Below are positions 33,074 through 34,874 of a DNA stretch of 34,874 nt, piece after piece. The notes under the pieces were generated by a model. The model was not told the DNA's origin. It was given only the letters and a program-made list of their open reading frames with translations, and did no database searches. The translations under genes and the position numbers were made by a program. Within the stretch, counting starts at the first letter, position 1; each line of letters starts with the position of its first letter. The stretch is taken from positions 1-34,874 of the forward strand of contig NW_013546323.1 in NCBI RefSeq assembly GCF_000760515.2, in the 5' to 3' direction. This DNA comes from Mitosporidium daphniae. Lineage: Eukaryota.

Positions 33074-34493
33074 ATGACACTTCAACTAGGGCCTCATAGG
33101 GCGTATGTTGGAAATATTCCCTTCAAGGCAACCTCAGATGACATAAAGTCAAAGTTTTCCGAGTTTGGAAATCTCATTGTAATAGATTTGAAGCAGGGTT
33201 TTTGTTTTGTGGTTGATTTCCTTATTTTTATCCGGATAGGAGTACGACTCTGATGAGGCGCTTCAGAAGGCCATTTCAACGTGTAGTAATTCGGATTTTA
33301 TGGGCTACTTATTAAAAGTTGAGAGGGCACGACCGCCGAAGGAACATGTACCAGGAGATGACGGGTGCTACACCTGTGGTTCGAAGAGTCACTTTGCAAG
33401 AGAGTGTCCAGAGAGGTAGACATTTTATTCTCCCCTTTGTAGATTGGGACGTGGTAAACGATCCGAAAATACAGGGTTACGTCGACGAGATCGCGAGAGA
33501 AGTCGTAGAAGATCCCCTTCTAGATCCAGATCGCCAGCCCATAGGAGTTCTCGGCGTAGATCCCGTTCTCGGTCCGGTTCGCCAGCGAGGAAGCATTCAA
33601 GAGATCGAAGTCGAGATCGGTATAGGGTAGCTCGTTCAAGATATGAGGATAAATATCGGTCAGATAGGCGTTCCAGGCGAGATTCGTTTAGTAGAGATGA
33701 GCGTACCGATGTTTCCCAAGCGCCGCAGAATGTCGTTCCTGGATTGGAGTATTATCCGAGTGGCTTTGCCAACATTGTGCCGCAGGGGTCGTTTGCCGTC
33801 TCGGCACCATATGCTATGCCACCAACACAGCCGTATCAAATGCCTGGTGCCCATCCGTCGTTCGAGCAGCCCGGATCGTCCGGATCATACCGTGGAGTGC
33901 CCCCAGGAAACATTCCTCAACCCTATCCCCCTCAGTCTTTGGGGTACGACTATACGCCTGCAAATGGGCCCGCATCATCAACCTCGGCAATGCCCCCGAA
34001 CCAATATCCCTATCCTTTGGCATATAATGGCACCCAGCTTTCATATATGCAGTCGTCCCCATCTGCGCCATATCCGCAGCCATACTATTATCCGGGAGCC
34101 CCATCAAGTCAGCCTTTGATAAGCCCAACTAGTGAATATAGTGTAGGAGATTACATGCTGCCATCTCCGTCCTCCTCTTCTTCTGCATCGTCTCAGCAAA
34201 ACTCCACATACCAACCGATCAGTATGAGGTATGCGCCCATAAGACCAAGCGATGGTATTAATGTGGAATCTCACTCACCCTTAGGCTCAAGCAATAACGG
34301 CACAGGAGTTTCAAGCTCCGATTCCGGCTCTTTTTACCCGCAAAACGATCCAAGAGTTAGTTTACAACCAAATACGTCGGCGTTGTCATCGTCGTCTCCA
34401 TCATCCTCCTCCTCCTCTTATGGCAAAATGTATTCTCAAAATCCGAAAATTTCAGGTCCCTCAAACACTTTGCAAAATAACCCCCCAAGTTAG
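33074..34493 (+). CDS. SR-like splicing factor: RRM + CCHC zinc knuckle + RS domain + Pro/Ser/Tyr-rich tail (SRSF7/9G8-like architecture)
   Basis: ATG 33074: RAYVGNIP (RNP2)...KQGFCFV|EY (RNP1)...LKVERA, then CYTCGSKSHFARECP|, then RSRRRSPSRSRSP...; two short introns join it to ORF 33444-34493. Confidence 0.88.
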
Positions 34494-34562
34494 CTGTCTA
34501 CCCCAATATAATGGCCGGTAGGGATGATCGGTAGGAATGATCGTAGATTTAGTATTATAAAA

Positions 34563-34874
34563 TTAATGAAACTGATCGACATTTAATCGGGTTCGATTCC
34601 CCTTTTTGTTGATGAAAAGCCAACATGAAAGGTTGTTTTTCACAGCTACCATTTGCCCGTTTGTATGGCCTTCCAAGCGGGGGAGTTTGAAATTGGTTTT
34701 ATAAAAGTAAGGCATTTGAAGTGGAAACTTTCCCTTTACATCGGAAGTGGTATATGCAATAATCTAAACCTTTTAGATGTCAGGAACCTACACTGCAGTA
34801 TGAGTGATCCAGTTGATGAGGACATATCATTGGCTGGCTAACTTGAACCTGACGGGTGAATATGAAGGAGACAA
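34563..34874 (-). CDS. Possible 3' end of an unidentified gene entering from the right edge
   Basis: After a candidate acceptor (tttag) there is a 66-codon open frame at 34763-34563 (IIAYTTSDVKGKFPLQMPYFY...DQFH*). No motif recognised. Confidence 0.35.

Noticed and set aside
34510..34610. tRNA or Pol III gene (GGTTCGATTCCC followed by a T-run) and a nearby 2 x 13-bp repeat
   Set aside because: The T-stem pairs for only 3 bp, with no acceptor stem or cloverleaf and a poor A box; it overlaps a possible antisense exon.

Overview
A very compact eukaryotic (fungal-like) region with about 24 protein-coding genes, spacers often only 25-80 bp, and roughly 50 tiny GT-AG introns (mostly 23-39 nt) that I could join by hand. 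Tiny introns, extreme compaction and a full mitochondrial gene set (two mitoribosomal proteins, a carrier, VDAC) suggest an early-diverging microsporidian relative or Rozellomycota such as Mitosporidium; this is inference, not a database match. Recognisable genes, left to right: mitochondrial NAD+ carrier (partial), ceramide synthase, MRPL20, ZNF277-like, isocitrate lyase ending in SKL, a bHLH factor, GLE1, a TTD14-like NTPase-CYTH protein, PRL phosphatase, YML020W-like, eIF2B-alpha, cyclase/kynurenine formamidase, importin-7, DDB1, SHMT, SMP3, ZCCHC10-like, bL27, VDAC, PSF2 and an SRSF7-like protein. Most notable: (i) an orphan membrane-protein gene (9483-11319) whose 45-bp/33-bp repeat tail is disconnected by a +1 frameshift; (ii) a spliced orphan CaaX protein missed by the ORF track; (iii) a peroxisome-targeted ICL; (iv) a possible 19-nt intron in VDAC; (v) a recurrent intergenic telo-box-like motif. 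No CRISPR array, rRNA, convincing tRNA or transposon was found. All gene models are manual and need RNA-seq confirmation.
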